Source of the DNA: an uncultured Planctomycetia bacterium
GTDB taxonomy: Bacteria > Omnitrophota > Gorgyraeia > VGKH01 > JBHPFN01
Direction of reading: 5' to 3'
DNA length: 64,000 nt
NCBI GenBank assembly: GCA_964406665.1
Contig: CAYOSQ010000001.1
Coordinates: 199,412-263,411, forward strand
Numbering within the stretch: position 1 is the first letter of the stretch; each line of letters starts with the position of its first letter. This document shows, in pieces, positions 17,820 through 27,463 of this stretch. Both the position numbers and the translations under genes were made by a program. Under the pieces are notes generated by a model that ran no database searches, was not told the origin of the DNA, and saw nothing but the letters and a program-made list of their open reading frames with translations.

Positions 17820-19676
17820 ATGTCAGTTTTTATTTTAGGTATATCCGCATTTTATCATGATAGCGCTGCAGTGCTTATTCGCGATGGGGAAATAATTGCC
17901 GCCGCACAAGAGGAGCGTTTTACAAGAAAAAAACATGATCCTTCTTTTCCTAAGCAAGCAATTTCATATTGTTTGGAAAAATTTTCGATTGATATAGATC
18001 AGCTTAATCATATAGTTTTTTATGATAAGCCACTTATTAAATTCGAACGCCTGCTGGAAACATATTTATCTTATGCTCCTTGTGGAGTGAGATCTTTTAT
18101 TTCAGCAATGCCTATCTGGGTGAAAGAAAAACTTTTTTTGAAAGATTTGATTATAAAAGAACTTAAATCTTTATCTAAAAAAAGTCTACCTAAGAATTAT
18201 AGATTAAATATTCTATTTACCGAGCATCATGAATCGCATGCTGCCTCGGCTTTTTTTCCATCGCCTTTTGAAGAAGCCGCTATTATCACAATGGATGGAG
18301 TAGGGGAGTGGGCTACAACTAGTTATGGGGTTGGCTGGGGAAATAACATAGAACTCATTTCAGAAATTCACTTCCCCCACTCTTTAGGTCTTTTGTATTC
18401 TGCTTTTACACATTATACAGGTTTTAAAGTTAATTCAGCCGAGTATAAAGTGATGGGTTTAGCTCCTTATGGAGAGCCTAAATATGTTAAGACAATATTT
18501 GATAATTTAATTGATTTAAAAGAGGACGGTTCTTTTAGATTAAATATGGATTATTTTAATTATTGTACGGGATTATCTATGACTAACAAAAAGTTCCATA
18601 AATTATTTGGGGGACAGCCTCGCAATCCAAATGAACCGCTTGAGAAAAAACATATGGATTTAGCAAGATCGATTCAGGTTATTACAGAAGAAGTCGTAAT
18701 GGGGATAGCGAAAAATGTATATTCTCAAACCGGTAAAGAAAATTTATGTCTTGCCGGAGGAGTCGCACTTAATTGCGTATCAAACGGAAGGCTGTTACGC
18801 GAGGGACCGTTTAAGAATATTTGGGTTCAGCCTGCAGCGGGTGATGCCGGAGGAGCATTAGGTGCCGCACTAGATGTTTGGTATAGATACTTAGGCAATG
18901 AAAGAAATATTAGTACAGCAGAAGACTCAATGAAGGGTGCTTACTTAGGACCTTCTTTTGATAATAAAAGAATTGAGAATTTTTTATTAGAAAAAAACAT
19001 ACTGCATAAACAACTTGATACTGAAAATCTAGTAAAAGAGGTAGCCAATTTAATAGAAGAGGGAAAAATTATTGGCTGGTTTCAAGGTAGTATGGAGTTT
19101 GGTCCGAGAGCTTTAGGTTCACGTAGTATTATTGCTGACGCCCGTAAAGGAAATATGCAATCAGAGATAAATCTTAAGATAAAATACAGGGAGTCTTTTA
19201 GACCATTTGCTCCTAGTTTATTAGAAGAAGATAGAAAAGAGTACTTTGAAGCTAATCAGCCTAGCCCTTATATGCTTTTTGTTGATTTGGTTAAAGAAAA
19301 ACATAGAATTCATCAACAAGAAAACAACGTTAGTTTATCTTTAAAAGAAATAATAAATACTCCCAGATCGGACATCCCTGCAGTAACGCATGTTGATTAT
19401 TCTGCTCGATTTCATACGGTAAATGATAAGCAGAATAAATTGTTTTATAGATTACTTAAGGCCGTTAAAGCTAAGACTGGATGCAGCGTAATTATAAATA
19501 CATCTTTTAATGTACGCTCCGAGCCTATTGTATGTACACCTGAAGATGCATATAGATGTTTCATGAGAACAGAATTAGATTATTTAGTAATGGGAAATTT
19601 TGTTGTAGATAAACTTAAGCAGAACAAAAGTTCTGGGAATGATTACTGCAGAGAGAAGCAATTTAAAACAAATTAA
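17820..19676 (+). CDS. carbamoyltransferase (NodU/CmcH/HypF-like family)
   Basis: N-terminus MSVFILGISAFYHDSAAVLIRDGEIIAAAQEERFTRKKHD is characteristic of this family. 618 aa. Confidence 0.85.
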   Translation: MSVFILGISAFYHDSAAVLIRDGEIIAAAQEERFTRKKHDPSFPKQAISYCLEKFSIDIDQLNHIVFYDKPLIKFERLLETYLSYAPCGVRSFISAMPIWVKEKLFLKDLIIKELKSLSKKSLPKNYRLNILFTEHHESHAASAFFPSPFEEAAIITMDGVGEWATTSYGVGWGNNIELISEIHFPHSLGLLYSAFTHYTGFKVNSAEYKVMGLAPYGEPKYVKTIFDNLIDLKEDGSFRLNMDYFNYCTGLSMTNKKFHKLFGGQPRNPNEPLEKKHMDLARSIQVITEEVVMGIAKNVYSQTGKENLCLAGGVALNCVSNGRLLREGPFKNIWVQPAAGDAGGALGAALDVWYRYLGNERNISTAEDSMKGAYLGPSFDNKRIENFLLEKNILHKQLDTENLVKEVANLIEEGKIIGWFQGSMEFGPRALGSRSIIADARKGNMQSEINLKIKYRESFRPFAPSLLEEDRKEYFEANQPSPYMLFVDLVKEKHRIHQQENNVSLSLKEIINTPRSDIPAVTHVDYSARFHTVNDKQNKLFYRLLKAVKAKTGCSVIINTSFNVRSEPIVCTPEDAYRCFMRTELDYLVMGNFVVDKLKQNKSSGNDYCREKQFKTN

Positions 19677-20066
19677 ATGGCTATAAACAAAAAAGAACTA
19701 AAAAGATTTGGATTTATTCTTACAACCTCGCTTTCGATAATTAGCTTAATCCTTTTTGCCAAGAGTGGTCATCAACATGTTTGGATATTAGTGTTTGCAG
19801 CCATTGTTTTTTCTGCTGCATTAATAAAAGCAGAATTGCTGAGGCCATTTCATCTTATTTTAAATAAAATCGGCCATTTAATAGGAAAGATAAATGCAAC
19901 AGTAGTCTTAGGGTTATTTTTCTATACTATATTAACACCTATTAGTTTCATCTTAAAACTGCTAGGGAAGGATAGTTTGAATCGAAAGTTAAAAACGATT
20001 GATACATATTGGATTAAGCGAGATAAAAATCTATCTGATCCGAGAAGAATGGAAAGGCAATTTTAG
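19677..20066 (+). CDS. small membrane protein, SxtJ-like (carbamoyltransferase-associated)
   Basis: 129 aa with 2-3 TM helices. It is a conserved neighbour of NodU/SxtI-type carbamoyltransferases; the family call is from memory. Confidence 0.5.
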   Translation: MAINKKELKRFGFILTTSLSIISLILFAKSGHQHVWILVFAAIVFSAALIKAELLRPFHLILNKIGHLIGKINATVVLGLFFYTILTPISFILKLLGKDSLNRKLKTIDTYWIKRDKNLSDPRRMERQF

Positions 20067-20073
20067 GAGACCT

Positions 20074-20226
20074 ATGTTATCTTTTTTGAAAGAGCTTTGG
20101 GATTTTTTGAAGGATAGGAAAAAGTTTTGGCTGCTACCTATAATAATTATGTTACTTCTTTTAGGATTGCTTATAATATTTGTTCAAAGTTCAGCAGTAT
20201 CTCCGTTTATTTATACAATTTTTTAA
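20074..20226 (+). CDS. very small membrane protein (DUF5989/SxtK-like)
   Basis: 50 aa (MLSFLKELWDFLKDRKKFWLLPIIIMLLLLGLLIIFV…). An AGGAGA RBS 4-9 nt upstream supports the ATG at 20074; the ORF-track start at 19999 has no RBS. Confidence 0.5.
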   Translation: MLSFLKELWDFLKDRKKFWLLPIIIMLLLLGLLIIFVQSSAVSPFIYTIF

Positions 20227-20249
20227 GACTAGATATTTTCTTAAATAAA

Positions 20250-20417
20250 TTAAATAAATTTAAGAGTTCTTAAGCGATTAGTAAGATCGAATAGCTCAGC
20301 CTTAGTTGATTCAGCTTTTTTTTCTAATTCTTCCAAGCGTGATAAATACATTCTAAATCTTATCTCTAAAGCCCAGAGAATAAGAAATCCACTTATCAGT
20401 ACAACAAATATCTGCAT
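20250..20417 (-). CDS. unlisted 55-aa ORF with its own promoter and strong RBS (N-terminal TM helix plus a coiled-coil-like tail)
   Basis: Minus strand reads …TTGATT-18-TACAAT…AAGGAGGacaaATG. It encodes MQIFVVLISGFLILWALEIRFRMYLSRLEELEKKAESTKAELFDLTNRLRTLKFI*. It is absent from the ORF track because it is shorter than 60 aa. Confidence 0.5.
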   Translation of the reverse strand: MQIFVVLISGFLILWALEIRFRMYLSRLEELEKKAESTKAELFDLTNRLRTLKFI

Positions 20418-20542
20418 TTGTCCTCCTTTAGTTTCTTAAATAATTTTATCTCACGAATGATTGTACACCTTATTTAGTGATAAAATCAAATAAATTAAAA
20501 TAAATGTTATAAAGGTGATATCAAGGTAGATTTTGGCAGGAC

Positions 20543-20612
20543 AAAAAAACAGGAGCAGGCGAAATTTTTAGTTGCGCTGGGGTGGTTTACTCTCCCCGCG
20601 GTACCTGCTCCT
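20543..20612 (-). terminator. Y-shaped hairpin plus U7 tract on the minus strand (intrinsic terminator of the tRNA-Ala–nfeD–SPFH–tRNA-Leu transcript, or a short structured sRNA)
   Basis: Minus strand: AGGAGCAGG-[~44 nt with inner CGCGGGG/CCCCAGCG pairing]-CCTGCTCCT-GTTTTTTT. A TTGACT-17-TGTAAT promoter-like element sits directly upstream at 20619-20647. Confidence 0.5.
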
Positions 20613-20678
20613 ATAAATATTACAGCACTTTTAATTTATGAAGTCAAGTGAAAATTGCTTTGGCAGGGAAAAAAATAA

Positions 20679-20761
20679 TGCTGGAGGTGGGAGTTGAACC
20701 CACACGGCCTTTCGACCATCGGTTTTTGAGACCGACGTGTATGCCATTCCACCACTCCAGC
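20679..20761 (-). tRNA. tRNA-Leu (anticodon CAA), class II with long variable arm
   Basis: Hand-folded: acceptor stem GCTGGAG/CTCCAGC, anticodon stem TCGGT/ACCGA with loop CTCAAAA (anticodon CAA), long variable arm, T-arm GTGGG-TTCAACT-CCCAC. CCA is not encoded. Confidence 0.85.
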
Positions 20762-20781
20762 AGTATTTCGACTATATTAGG

Positions 20782-21528
20782 TTACTTCTTTTTATCAAAA
20801 AAAGCCTTAAATAGATCTAAGGGCAGGGGAAAGACTATAGTTGATGTTTTCTCAGATGACATTTCTACAAGAGTTTGTAAATATCTCATCTGTAAAGACA
20901 TCGGCTCTGTTGCTAATTTAACAGCAGCTTGAGTTAATTTCTCCGCAGCCTGGAATTCTCCATCAGCAGCAATAATTTTAGCCCGTTTTTCGCGTTCTGC
21001 TTCTGCCTGTCTGGCCATAGCACGCTGCATTTCTTGAGGCAAATCCACATGTTTTAATTCTACGTTAGATACTTTTATTCCCCAGGGGTCAGTTGCTTTA
21101 TCAATAATTTCTTGAAGTTGCATATTAATTTTTTCTCTTTCACCGAGAACATCGTCAAGGGTCATCTGTCCCATAACGCTTCTTAAAGTAGTTTGCGCCA
21201 TCTGTGAAGTTGCAAAAAAGTAATCTTCTACTTCAGCAATTGCTTTATTGGGATCCATTACCCTAAAGTATACAACCGCGTTTACTTTAATAGATACGTT
21301 ATCTTTGGTAATAACATCTTGTGGAGGGACATCTAGAGTTACCACACGTAAGCCTATTATAACTGCTTTGTCTATTGGCCAGAAAATGAATACAACACCT
21401 GGGCCTTTAGGTTCTTTAACTATTCTTCCTAAACGGAAAATAACTGTTCTTTCATATTCTTTAACTATTTTGATACAATTTGCCAAATAAAACAGGATAA
21501 GCAGTACACTAATTACAGTGCCGTTCAT
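20782..21528 (-). CDS. SPFH/band-7 (stomatin-like) protein
   Basis: N-terminal TM segment followed by …[17 protein letters not shown]…[29 protein letters not shown]…. Confidence 0.85.
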   Translation of the reverse strand: MNGTVISVLLILFYLANCIKIVKEYERTVIFRLGRIVKEPKGPGVVFIFWPIDKAVIIGLRVVTLDVPPQDVITKDNVSIKVNAVVYFRVMDPNKAIAEVEDYFFATSQMAQTTLRSVMGQMTLDDVLGEREKINMQLQEIIDKATDPWGIKVSNVELKHVDLPQEMQRAMARQAEAEREKRAKIIAADGEFQAAEKLTQAAVKLATEPMSLQMRYLQTLVEMSSEKTSTIVFPLPLDLFKAFFDKKK

Positions 21529-22892
21529 TTATCTCCTCCTTGTTTAAGTTTTTCCACTATTAGTTTCAAGCCCTTTATTTCCATAATCTTTACCTCTTGC
21601 TTTTTAGCGATTAGTTTTTTATTTATACTTTCAGCATTCCATATTTCTCCATGCACAGATACCTTGCCCAAAGGTTTTAGTGCCGTAATTGTTATTGCTG
21701 TTTTTCCCAACATGCCTTTTGTTCCGGTAATTACTTTTTTTCGATGAGTCTTTACTGCGCTGCTTGTTAAGAATACCGTAATGCCTGCCATGGCAATTGC
21801 CGAGGGAATAATTAACGCGAGAGAAGGAGTGAAGAAAAATGGGTGTTCGTATTTTGAGAGCATCATTGCACCAAAAATCAAACTTACTATTCCGCCTAAG
21901 GTAAGCAATCCAAATGTCGGAGTGAAGGCTTCGGCAATAAATAAAACCACAGCAAGCATAATCAAGGCAACGCCTAAGTAGCTAACAGGAAACAGCTGCA
22001 GAGAAAAGAAAGCCAAAAGTAGACAGATAAATCCGGCGATGCCGGGGAATCCTATCCCTGGATGGGTAAATTCAAAAATTAACCCTAGGGTACCTAGCAA
22101 CATAAGAATCGATACTATGGATGGATGAGCAATATAGTTTAAGATAATCTCTTGCAAGGATGGGGAAACCAAATTTAGCTGGGCATCTTTTGTTTCCAGT
22201 GTAATTTTTTCACCCATGCTTTCAACAACCTGACCATCTAATTTCTCCATTAGCTCATCAAGATTATCTGCCAACAATTCAACCACTTTTAATTTGAGCG
22301 CTTCTTTTTGAGTTAGTGATTTACTTTCTTCTACTGCTTTTTTTGCCCACTTAACGTTTCTATCCCTATATTCAGCAATGGCCGTAATCCAGGCAATTAC
22401 ATCATTCATTATTTTCTCTTCCATGATGTCTTTTGGCTCTTGAGGAATGGTTTTATCCTGCATATTATCAGGGACCTTTTTCTGTGAAGGAGGAGTTATT
22501 CCGATTCCCACAGGGTGAGCTGCACCGATATTGGTAGAAGGTGCCATAGCGGCAATATGACTTGCATATGTAATAAAAACTCCGGCAGAACCTGCTCGAG
22601 AACCACTGGGAGCAATATAAACTACAATAGGAACTTTGGAATTAAGAATGCTTTTTACTATTTGACGTGTAGATTCAAGAAGTCCGCCAGGTGTGTCTAG
22701 CTGAATAATAAGGCAGGAAGGATTTTCTTCGTTAGTTTTATCAATTTCATCGGTAATAAAATTAGCAATTACAGGATTAATGCTGTAATTATCTATAACA
22801 AGTACGTCAACGACAGGTGATGTATCTGTTTCGGCATAAATTGTTCCGGCAGTTAAGCCGAGAAGAATTGCAAGAAGTATTAGTTTTTTCAT
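21525..22892 (-). CDS. NfeD-family membrane-bound serine protease (ClpP-class N-domain, TM region, C-terminal OB-fold)
   Basis: 455 aa with a signal peptide, a ClpP-like region, multiple TM helices and a C-terminal beta-rich domain. It overlaps the downstream SPFH gene by ATGA, the classic NfeD-stomatin operon arrangement. Confidence 0.75.
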   Translation of the reverse strand: MKKLILLAILLGLTAGTIYAETDTSPVVDVLVIDNYSINPVIANFITDEIDKTNEENPSCLIIQLDTPGGLLESTRQIVKSILNSKVPIVVYIAPSGSRAGSAGVFITYASHIAAMAPSTNIGAAHPVGIGITPPSQKKVPDNMQDKTIPQEPKDIMEEKIMNDVIAWITAIAEYRDRNVKWAKKAVEESKSLTQKEALKLKVVELLADNLDELMEKLDGQVVESMGEKITLETKDAQLNLVSPSLQEIILNYIAHPSIVSILMLLGTLGLIFEFTHPGIGFPGIAGFICLLLAFFSLQLFPVSYLGVALIMLAVVLFIAEAFTPTFGLLTLGGIVSLIFGAMMLSKYEHPFFFTPSLALIIPSAIAMAGITVFLTSSAVKTHRKKVITGTKGMLGKTAITITALKPLGKVSVHGEIWNAESINKKLIAKKQEVKIMEIKGLKLIVEKLKQGGDK

Positions 22893-22927
22893 TAGAAATA
22901 TGGTTCTATTTTATATAAAACTAAAGC

Positions 22928-23003
22928 TGGTGGAGCTGGGGGGGTTCGAACCCCCGACCTTTTGACTGCCAGTCAAACGCGCTCCCAACTGCGCCACAGC
23001 CCC
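22928..23003 (-). tRNA. tRNA-Ala (anticodon GGC), CCA encoded
   Basis: Hand-folded 76 nt: acceptor GGGGCTG/CAGCTCC with the G3:U70 Ala identity pair, anticodon stem TTTGA/TCAAA with loop CTGGCAG (GGC), T-arm G5-TTCGAAC-C5, 3' CCA in the genome. Confidence 0.85.
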
Positions 23004-23014
23004 ATTAAGTTATT

Positions 23015-23180
23015 TCCATTAGCTGGGCAGCACTTTATATTTTTAGCAATCTGAGTGCAGCCCCAAATTTACTATGTAAATTTGGGCAGTCCTTTAGGAC
23101 AGCCCCGTGAGTTGTTCCCATTAGTGGGGCAGCACCCCCTATTTCGGTAAAGCTGGGTACAGCCTCCTAAATTTATCAAA
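23015..23180. repeat. cluster of degenerate repeats resembling tRNA-Ala termini (CCATTAG-TGGGCAGCAC x2; ACAGCCCC/GCAGCCCC/GTACAGCC x3-4) plus a 10-bp hairpin CCAAATTTAC-TAT-GTAAATTTGG
   Basis: Direct inspection: the motifs at 23016-23040 and 23118-23138 are ~85% identical. Several copies of the reverse complement of the tRNA-Ala 5' end (GGGGCTGT) occur upstream of the tRNA on its own strand. Confidence 0.55.
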
Positions 23181-23286
23181 TATCTATGTCAAAAGAGTAA
23201 GTCCAATATATCATTTAGGTTATTGATTGTCAATACATTCGCTTAGTTGCTAGATATTTTAGCTTAAAGGCTTCTGCTATTTACCT

Positions 23287-23316
23287 TGACTGTAAAAGCA
23301 GCAGCGTGCTACAATT
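23287..23316 (+). promoter_or_regulatory. sigma70-like promoter TTGACT-18-TACAAT immediately upstream of nfo
   Basis: Hexamers seen directly. The -10 ends 5 nt before the nfo ATG, implying a leaderless or very short-leader mRNA if this promoter is used. Confidence 0.4.
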
Positions 23317-23321
23317 CTTTA

Positions 23322-24164
23322 ATGCGTTTAGGTGTTCAGATATCCATAGCTGGAAAAATTTATAATGCAATCGATAGGGCAAAAGAGCTAGGTTGCAACA
23401 CAATGCAGATCTTTACCCATAGTCCTAGAGAATATAGGAGTGGGCCTCTTTCCGCATCCGATATAGCCGAATTCAAAAAAAGAAGACAGAAAGTAGATAT
23501 TTGCCCTTTAGTTGTGCATATGCCGTATATTGTTAATCTTGCCAGTCCCAACAAGAAGTTGTATCATAGATCTATCGAGATTTATATTGAAGAAATAAAA
23601 CAAGCTGGTGCCTTAGGCGCTGAATATTTAGTAACCCATATGGGAAGCCACAGAGGTAAGGGTGAAGAAAAGGGATTGCAGAGATTTCAAGATGGCATGG
23701 TTGCTATATTGAAAAATACTCAACGCACCAAAGTAACTGTTTTGCTTGAAAATACAGCCGGTAGCGGCAATAGCCTGGGGCATAAGTTTAAACATTTGCA
23801 TCCGGTTTTTAAGGCAACTGGCTGGAATAAGAGGCTGGGGTTGTGTCTTGATACTTGTCATGCTTATGCAGCGGGCTATAATTTATCTACTAAAGTTAGT
23901 CTGGATTTAATGCTTAGTGAAATAAATCAATATATAGGTTTAAACAGATTAAAGGTAATTCACTTAAACGACACTAGGGATGCGTTGGGATCTACCAAAG
24001 ATAGGCATGAAAATATTGGTAAGGGTAAAATCGGCATGAAAGGATTTCGAAATATCATTAATCATCCGAAACTCAAAAGGGTTCCACTGATTTTAGAGAC
24101 ACCTAAGCTCAGCGAGAAAGACGACGAACTTAATTTAGATACTATCCGTAAAATTAGAAGATAA
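23322..24164 (+). CDS. nfo: endonuclease IV (AP endonuclease family 2)
   Basis: [39 protein letters not shown] aligns with the Nfo N-terminus (MKYIGAHVSAAGG…). TIM-barrel metal ligands (His/Asp/Glu) are present throughout. The ORF-track start at 23286 overlaps the promoter and is rejected. Confidence 0.85.
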   Translation: MRLGVQISIAGKIYNAIDRAKELGCNTMQIFTHSPREYRSGPLSASDIAEFKKRRQKVDICPLVVHMPYIVNLASPNKKLYHRSIEIYIEEIKQAGALGAEYLVTHMGSHRGKGEEKGLQRFQDGMVAILKNTQRTKVTVLLENTAGSGNSLGHKFKHLHPVFKATGWNKRLGLCLDTCHAYAAGYNLSTKVSLDLMLSEINQYIGLNRLKVIHLNDTRDALGSTKDRHENIGKGKIGMKGFRNIINHPKLKRVPLILETPKLSEKDDELNLDTIRKIRR

Positions 24165-24166
24165 AA

Positions 24167-26647
24167 ATGGCATATCCTTATAAAGAAATAGAAAAAAAAT
24201 GGCAAAAAATCTGGGAAGATAATCAGACGTTTAAAGTTGGTGCTGATTCTGATAAGCCGAAGTATTATGTTCTTGAGATGTTTCCTTATCCGTCGGGAAA
24301 AATCCATATGGGCCATGTGCGCAATTATACTATCGGCGATGTAGTTGCTAGATATAAAACCATGCAGGGTTTTAATGTTTTACACCCTATGGGTTTCGAT
24401 GCTTTTGGTCAACCGGCAGAAAACGCTGCAATAAAACATAAGACTGATCCAAATTCTTGGACGTGGAAGTGTATAGATTGGATGCGCGAAGAAATGCGCA
24501 AGATGGGTTTTTCATATGATTGGTCCCGCGAGACGGCAACCTGCAGTCCGGAATATTATAGATGGAATCAGTGGATATTTCTTAAAATGTATGAAAAAGG
24601 GCTTGCTTATAGAAAAGCTTCTAATGTTAACTGGTGCCCGAGTTGTAATACTACTTTAGCTAATGAGGAAGTTGTAGATGGAGGTTGTTGGAGGTGTAAT
24701 AGTGAAGTAGAACAAAAAGAGCTTGAGCAGTGGTTTCTCAAGATCACGGAATACTCGCAAAGACTTCTTGATGATCTTAAGCTTTTAGAGCATTGGCCGC
24801 AGCGAGTTATTGCCATGCAGAACAACTGGATAGGTAAGAGCTACGGCGTTGAGATATTTTTTAAACTTAAAGAGTCAGAAGATATCATTCCTGTTTTTAC
24901 CACTCGTCAGGATACAATATTCGGGGCGACATATATCGTATTGGCTCCAGAACATCCTTTGGTTAAAAATATTATTAAAGGAAAACCTCAAGAAAAAGAG
25001 GTGCTTGCATTTGCTGATAAGGTTTCCAAAGAAACAAGGGTCGTACGCACTTCTTCAGATGTTAAAAAAGAGGGCATTTTTACCGGCTGTTATGCAATTA
25101 ATCCTGTTAATGGGGAAGAAGTGCCTGTATGGGTAGCTGATTATGTATTAATGGAGTATGGGGCTGGTGCAATAATGGCGGTTCCTGCTCATGATCAAAG
25201 GGATCTTCTTTTTGCTAAAGAACATGGCCTACCTATACGAATTGTTATTCAGAATCCGCAAGAACCGATTGATAATCCTAAAGAATTAAAAGAGGCTTAT
25301 GAATTATCTGGCGTGCAAATTAATTCATCTCAGTTTGATGGGATCCTAAGTGAAGAAGCTAAAGAAAAGATCGCTCAATGGATGGAGGATACAAAGATAG
25401 GCAAAAAAACAGTTCATTGGAGATTGAGAGATTGGCTTATTTCCCGTCAGCGCTACTGGGGAACTCCAATTCCTATGATTAATTGTGATAAATGCGGAAT
25501 TCAACCCGTTCCTTATGATGCGCTTCCGGTTGCTTTACCAGAAAAGGTAAAATTTACCGGAGAAGGAGGAAGTCCTTTAGCTAAATCAGAAAAATTTGTT
25601 TTGGTAAATTGTCCTAAATGTAAAGGAAAGGCCAGCAGAGAAACAGATACAATGGCTACATTCTTTGATTCATCCTGGTATTTTTTAAGATTCTGTAGTC
25701 CACATTATTTAAAGACACCTTTTGATAAAAAGGATATTGATTATTGGATGCCGGTAGATCAATATATTGGTGGAATTGAGCATGCAATTTTACATTTACT
25801 CTATTCGCGTTTCTTCACTAAGTTTTTAAAAGATATCGGAGCGCTTGATGTAAAAGAACCATTTACTCGTCTTTTGACACAGGGAATGGTTTTAAAAAAA
25901 GGCGACGTTATGTCTAAATCTAAGGGTAACGTAGTTGACCCCGACAGTATTATTTCTAAATACGGCGCTGACTCTTTAAGACTTTTTATTCTTTTTGCAG
26001 CTCCTCCGGAAGATAAGCTTGATTGGAATGAGCGCGCCATAGAAGGTATCTGGAGGTTTGTTAACCGAATTTGGGAGCGAGCTGAATTCTTTATTGATAA
26101 ATCAACTGAGCTAGAAAATAATTTATCCTGTGAAAATACTGAAATTACTAAAAATCTAAAATATAAAACACATAACACAATTAAAAAAGTTACTGATGAT
26201 TTTGAAAGAATGCATTTTAATACCGCTATTAGTGGTATGATGGAGTTGTTAAATGAAATTCATTCTTGTACTAATTCTGCTGATAAGATAAAACAGTTGG
26301 ATGTTTTTGTATTGAAAGAAGCGATCAATGCTATAATACTTCTTGTTGCTCCGTTTGCGCCTCATCTGGCAGAAGAGATTTGGAGAAAATTGGGGAATGC
26401 GGAAAGTATTTTTGCTCAGGTTTGGCCGAAGTTCAGTGAGGATGCTATAAAACTAGATAGTGTTTGTTTGGTTGTTCAGGTTAAAGGTAAGGTCAGAGCA
26501 AATATTAGCGTTGCCTATGGGCTTAAAGAAGAAGAATTAAGAAAAATTATTCTTAAAGAAGAAAAAATCAAGAAGTGGATTGAAAATAAGTCAATCAAGA
26601 AACTTATTGTTGTGCCTGATAAACTGGTAAACATTGTAACCGATTAA
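24167..26647 (+). CDS. leuS: leucine--tRNA ligase
   Basis: HIGH motif …[15 protein letters not shown]…, KMSKS motif …VMSKSKGN…, CP1 editing domain. 826 aa. Confidence 0.95.
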   Translation: MAYPYKEIEKKWQKIWEDNQTFKVGADSDKPKYYVLEMFPYPSGKIHMGHVRNYTIGDVVARYKTMQGFNVLHPMGFDAFGQPAENAAIKHKTDPNSWTWKCIDWMREEMRKMGFSYDWSRETATCSPEYYRWNQWIFLKMYEKGLAYRKASNVNWCPSCNTTLANEEVVDGGCWRCNSEVEQKELEQWFLKITEYSQRLLDDLKLLEHWPQRVIAMQNNWIGKSYGVEIFFKLKESEDIIPVFTTRQDTIFGATYIVLAPEHPLVKNIIKGKPQEKEVLAFADKVSKETRVVRTSSDVKKEGIFTGCYAINPVNGEEVPVWVADYVLMEYGAGAIMAVPAHDQRDLLFAKEHGLPIRIVIQNPQEPIDNPKELKEAYELSGVQINSSQFDGILSEEAKEKIAQWMEDTKIGKKTVHWRLRDWLISRQRYWGTPIPMINCDKCGIQPVPYDALPVALPEKVKFTGEGGSPLAKSEKFVLVNCPKCKGKASRETDTMATFFDSSWYFLRFCSPHYLKTPFDKKDIDYWMPVDQYIGGIEHAILHLLYSRFFTKFLKDIGALDVKEPFTRLLTQGMVLKKGDVMSKSKGNVVDPDSIISKYGADSLRLFILFAAPPEDKLDWNERAIEGIWRFVNRIWERAEFFIDKSTELENNLSCENTEITKNLKYKTHNTIKKVTDDFERMHFNTAISGMMELLNEIHSCTNSADKIKQLDVFVLKEAINAIILLVAPFAPHLAEEIWRKLGNAESIFAQVWPKFSEDAIKLDSVCLVVQVKGKVRANISVAYGLKEEELRKIILKEEKIKKWIENKSIKKLIVVPDKLVNIVTD

Positions 26648-26651
26648 GCAT

Positions 26652-27419
26652 ATGGAAATTGTTAAAAAACTATCTTTTAAGAAGCGTAATTTTTTTAAGA
26701 TGAGTACTCTTTGTATTATGTTTTTGCTCATCGTGTTCCAGTTTATTTCTATAAAATATTCCCCGGCTACAAAAATTATTCCGGACAACATTGCCGTAGC
26801 TGTTGCTTTAATTTGCATATTCTATCTTTGGATTTCTGAACAAAGAGACAAGGAGAAGCTTTCTAGGATGAATCTTGAATTGATGCTTGCCCACAATACT
26901 CTTAAGGAATCCCAAATAGATATAATTATGTCTTTGGGGTTAAGTCAGGAAGCAAAAGATTATTATACTCAGGGGCATTCGAAACGTGTCACTAAATATG
27001 CTGTTGCAATTGCTGAAGAATTAAAATTAGAGGATGAAGAAATCGACATAATTAAAAGAGCCGGGAAATTGCATGATATCGGAAAAATAGGAATCAGCGA
27101 CGATATTTTGCTCTCCAAAAATAAATTAAGTGAAGAAGAGTATCAAATTATAAAATCCCATCCGTTAAAAAGTGCGAATATATTAGATCCTCTAAAATTC
27201 TTAGATAGAGAAAAAGATATAATAAAACATCATCACGAAAGATACGATGGTAAGGGTTATCCGGATGGGTTAAAAACCGAAAAGATTCCTTTGGGTTCTC
27301 GGATTCTCTCGCTGGCGGATGCTTTTGATGCTATGAAGTCTGAGCGACCGTACAAAAAGCCCTTATCCAAAGAAGAGATTATTGCTGAGATAAAAAAACA
27401 ATTCCGGTTCGCAGTTTGA
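26652..27419 (+). CDS. HD-GYP domain phosphodiesterase (c-di-GMP), with its C-terminus disrupted by a frameshift at an A7 run (~27393-27399)
   Basis: HD motifs …HSKRVT…, …LHDIGKIG…, …HHERYDGKGYP…. The canonical C-terminal …GSQFDPKVAEVFLKII… continues in the +1 frame after AAAAAAA, so the in-frame product ends prematurely at 27419. The corrected ORF would end ~27470. Confidence 0.75.
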   Translation: MEIVKKLSFKKRNFFKMSTLCIMFLLIVFQFISIKYSPATKIIPDNIAVAVALICIFYLWISEQRDKEKLSRMNLELMLAHNTLKESQIDIIMSLGLSQEAKDYYTQGHSKRVTKYAVAIAEELKLEDEEIDIIKRAGKLHDIGKIGISDDILLSKNKLSEEEYQIIKSHPLKSANILDPLKFLDREKDIIKHHHERYDGKGYPDGLKTEKIPLGSRILSLADAFDAMKSERPYKKPLSKEEIIAEIKKQFRFAV

Positions 27420-27463
27420 TCCTAAGGTGGCAGAAGTTTTCTTAAAAATCATCGAGAGTTTCT

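Noticed and set aside
20648-20932. 94-aa + strand ORF spanning tRNA-Leu and the SPFH gene 3' end
   Set aside because: It reads through a tRNA gene on the opposite strand and overlaps the SPFH CDS. No RBS.
23004-23230. CRISPR array near tRNA-Ala
   Set aside because: Repeat units are degenerate and irregularly spaced, with no uniform spacers and no cas genes. They resemble tRNA-end fragments rather than CRISPR repeats.
23286-23321. Longer nfo start ([13 protein letters not shown]…) given in the ORF track
   Set aside because: The ORF-track start lies inside the TTGACT of the upstream TTGACT-18-TACAAT promoter match. Alignment with Nfo N-termini supports the Met at 23322 ([11 protein letters not shown]…).
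24849-25136. 95-aa + strand ORF in an alternative frame inside leuS
   Set aside because: It is fully internal to leuS, which has continuous synthetase motifs. It is frame noise.
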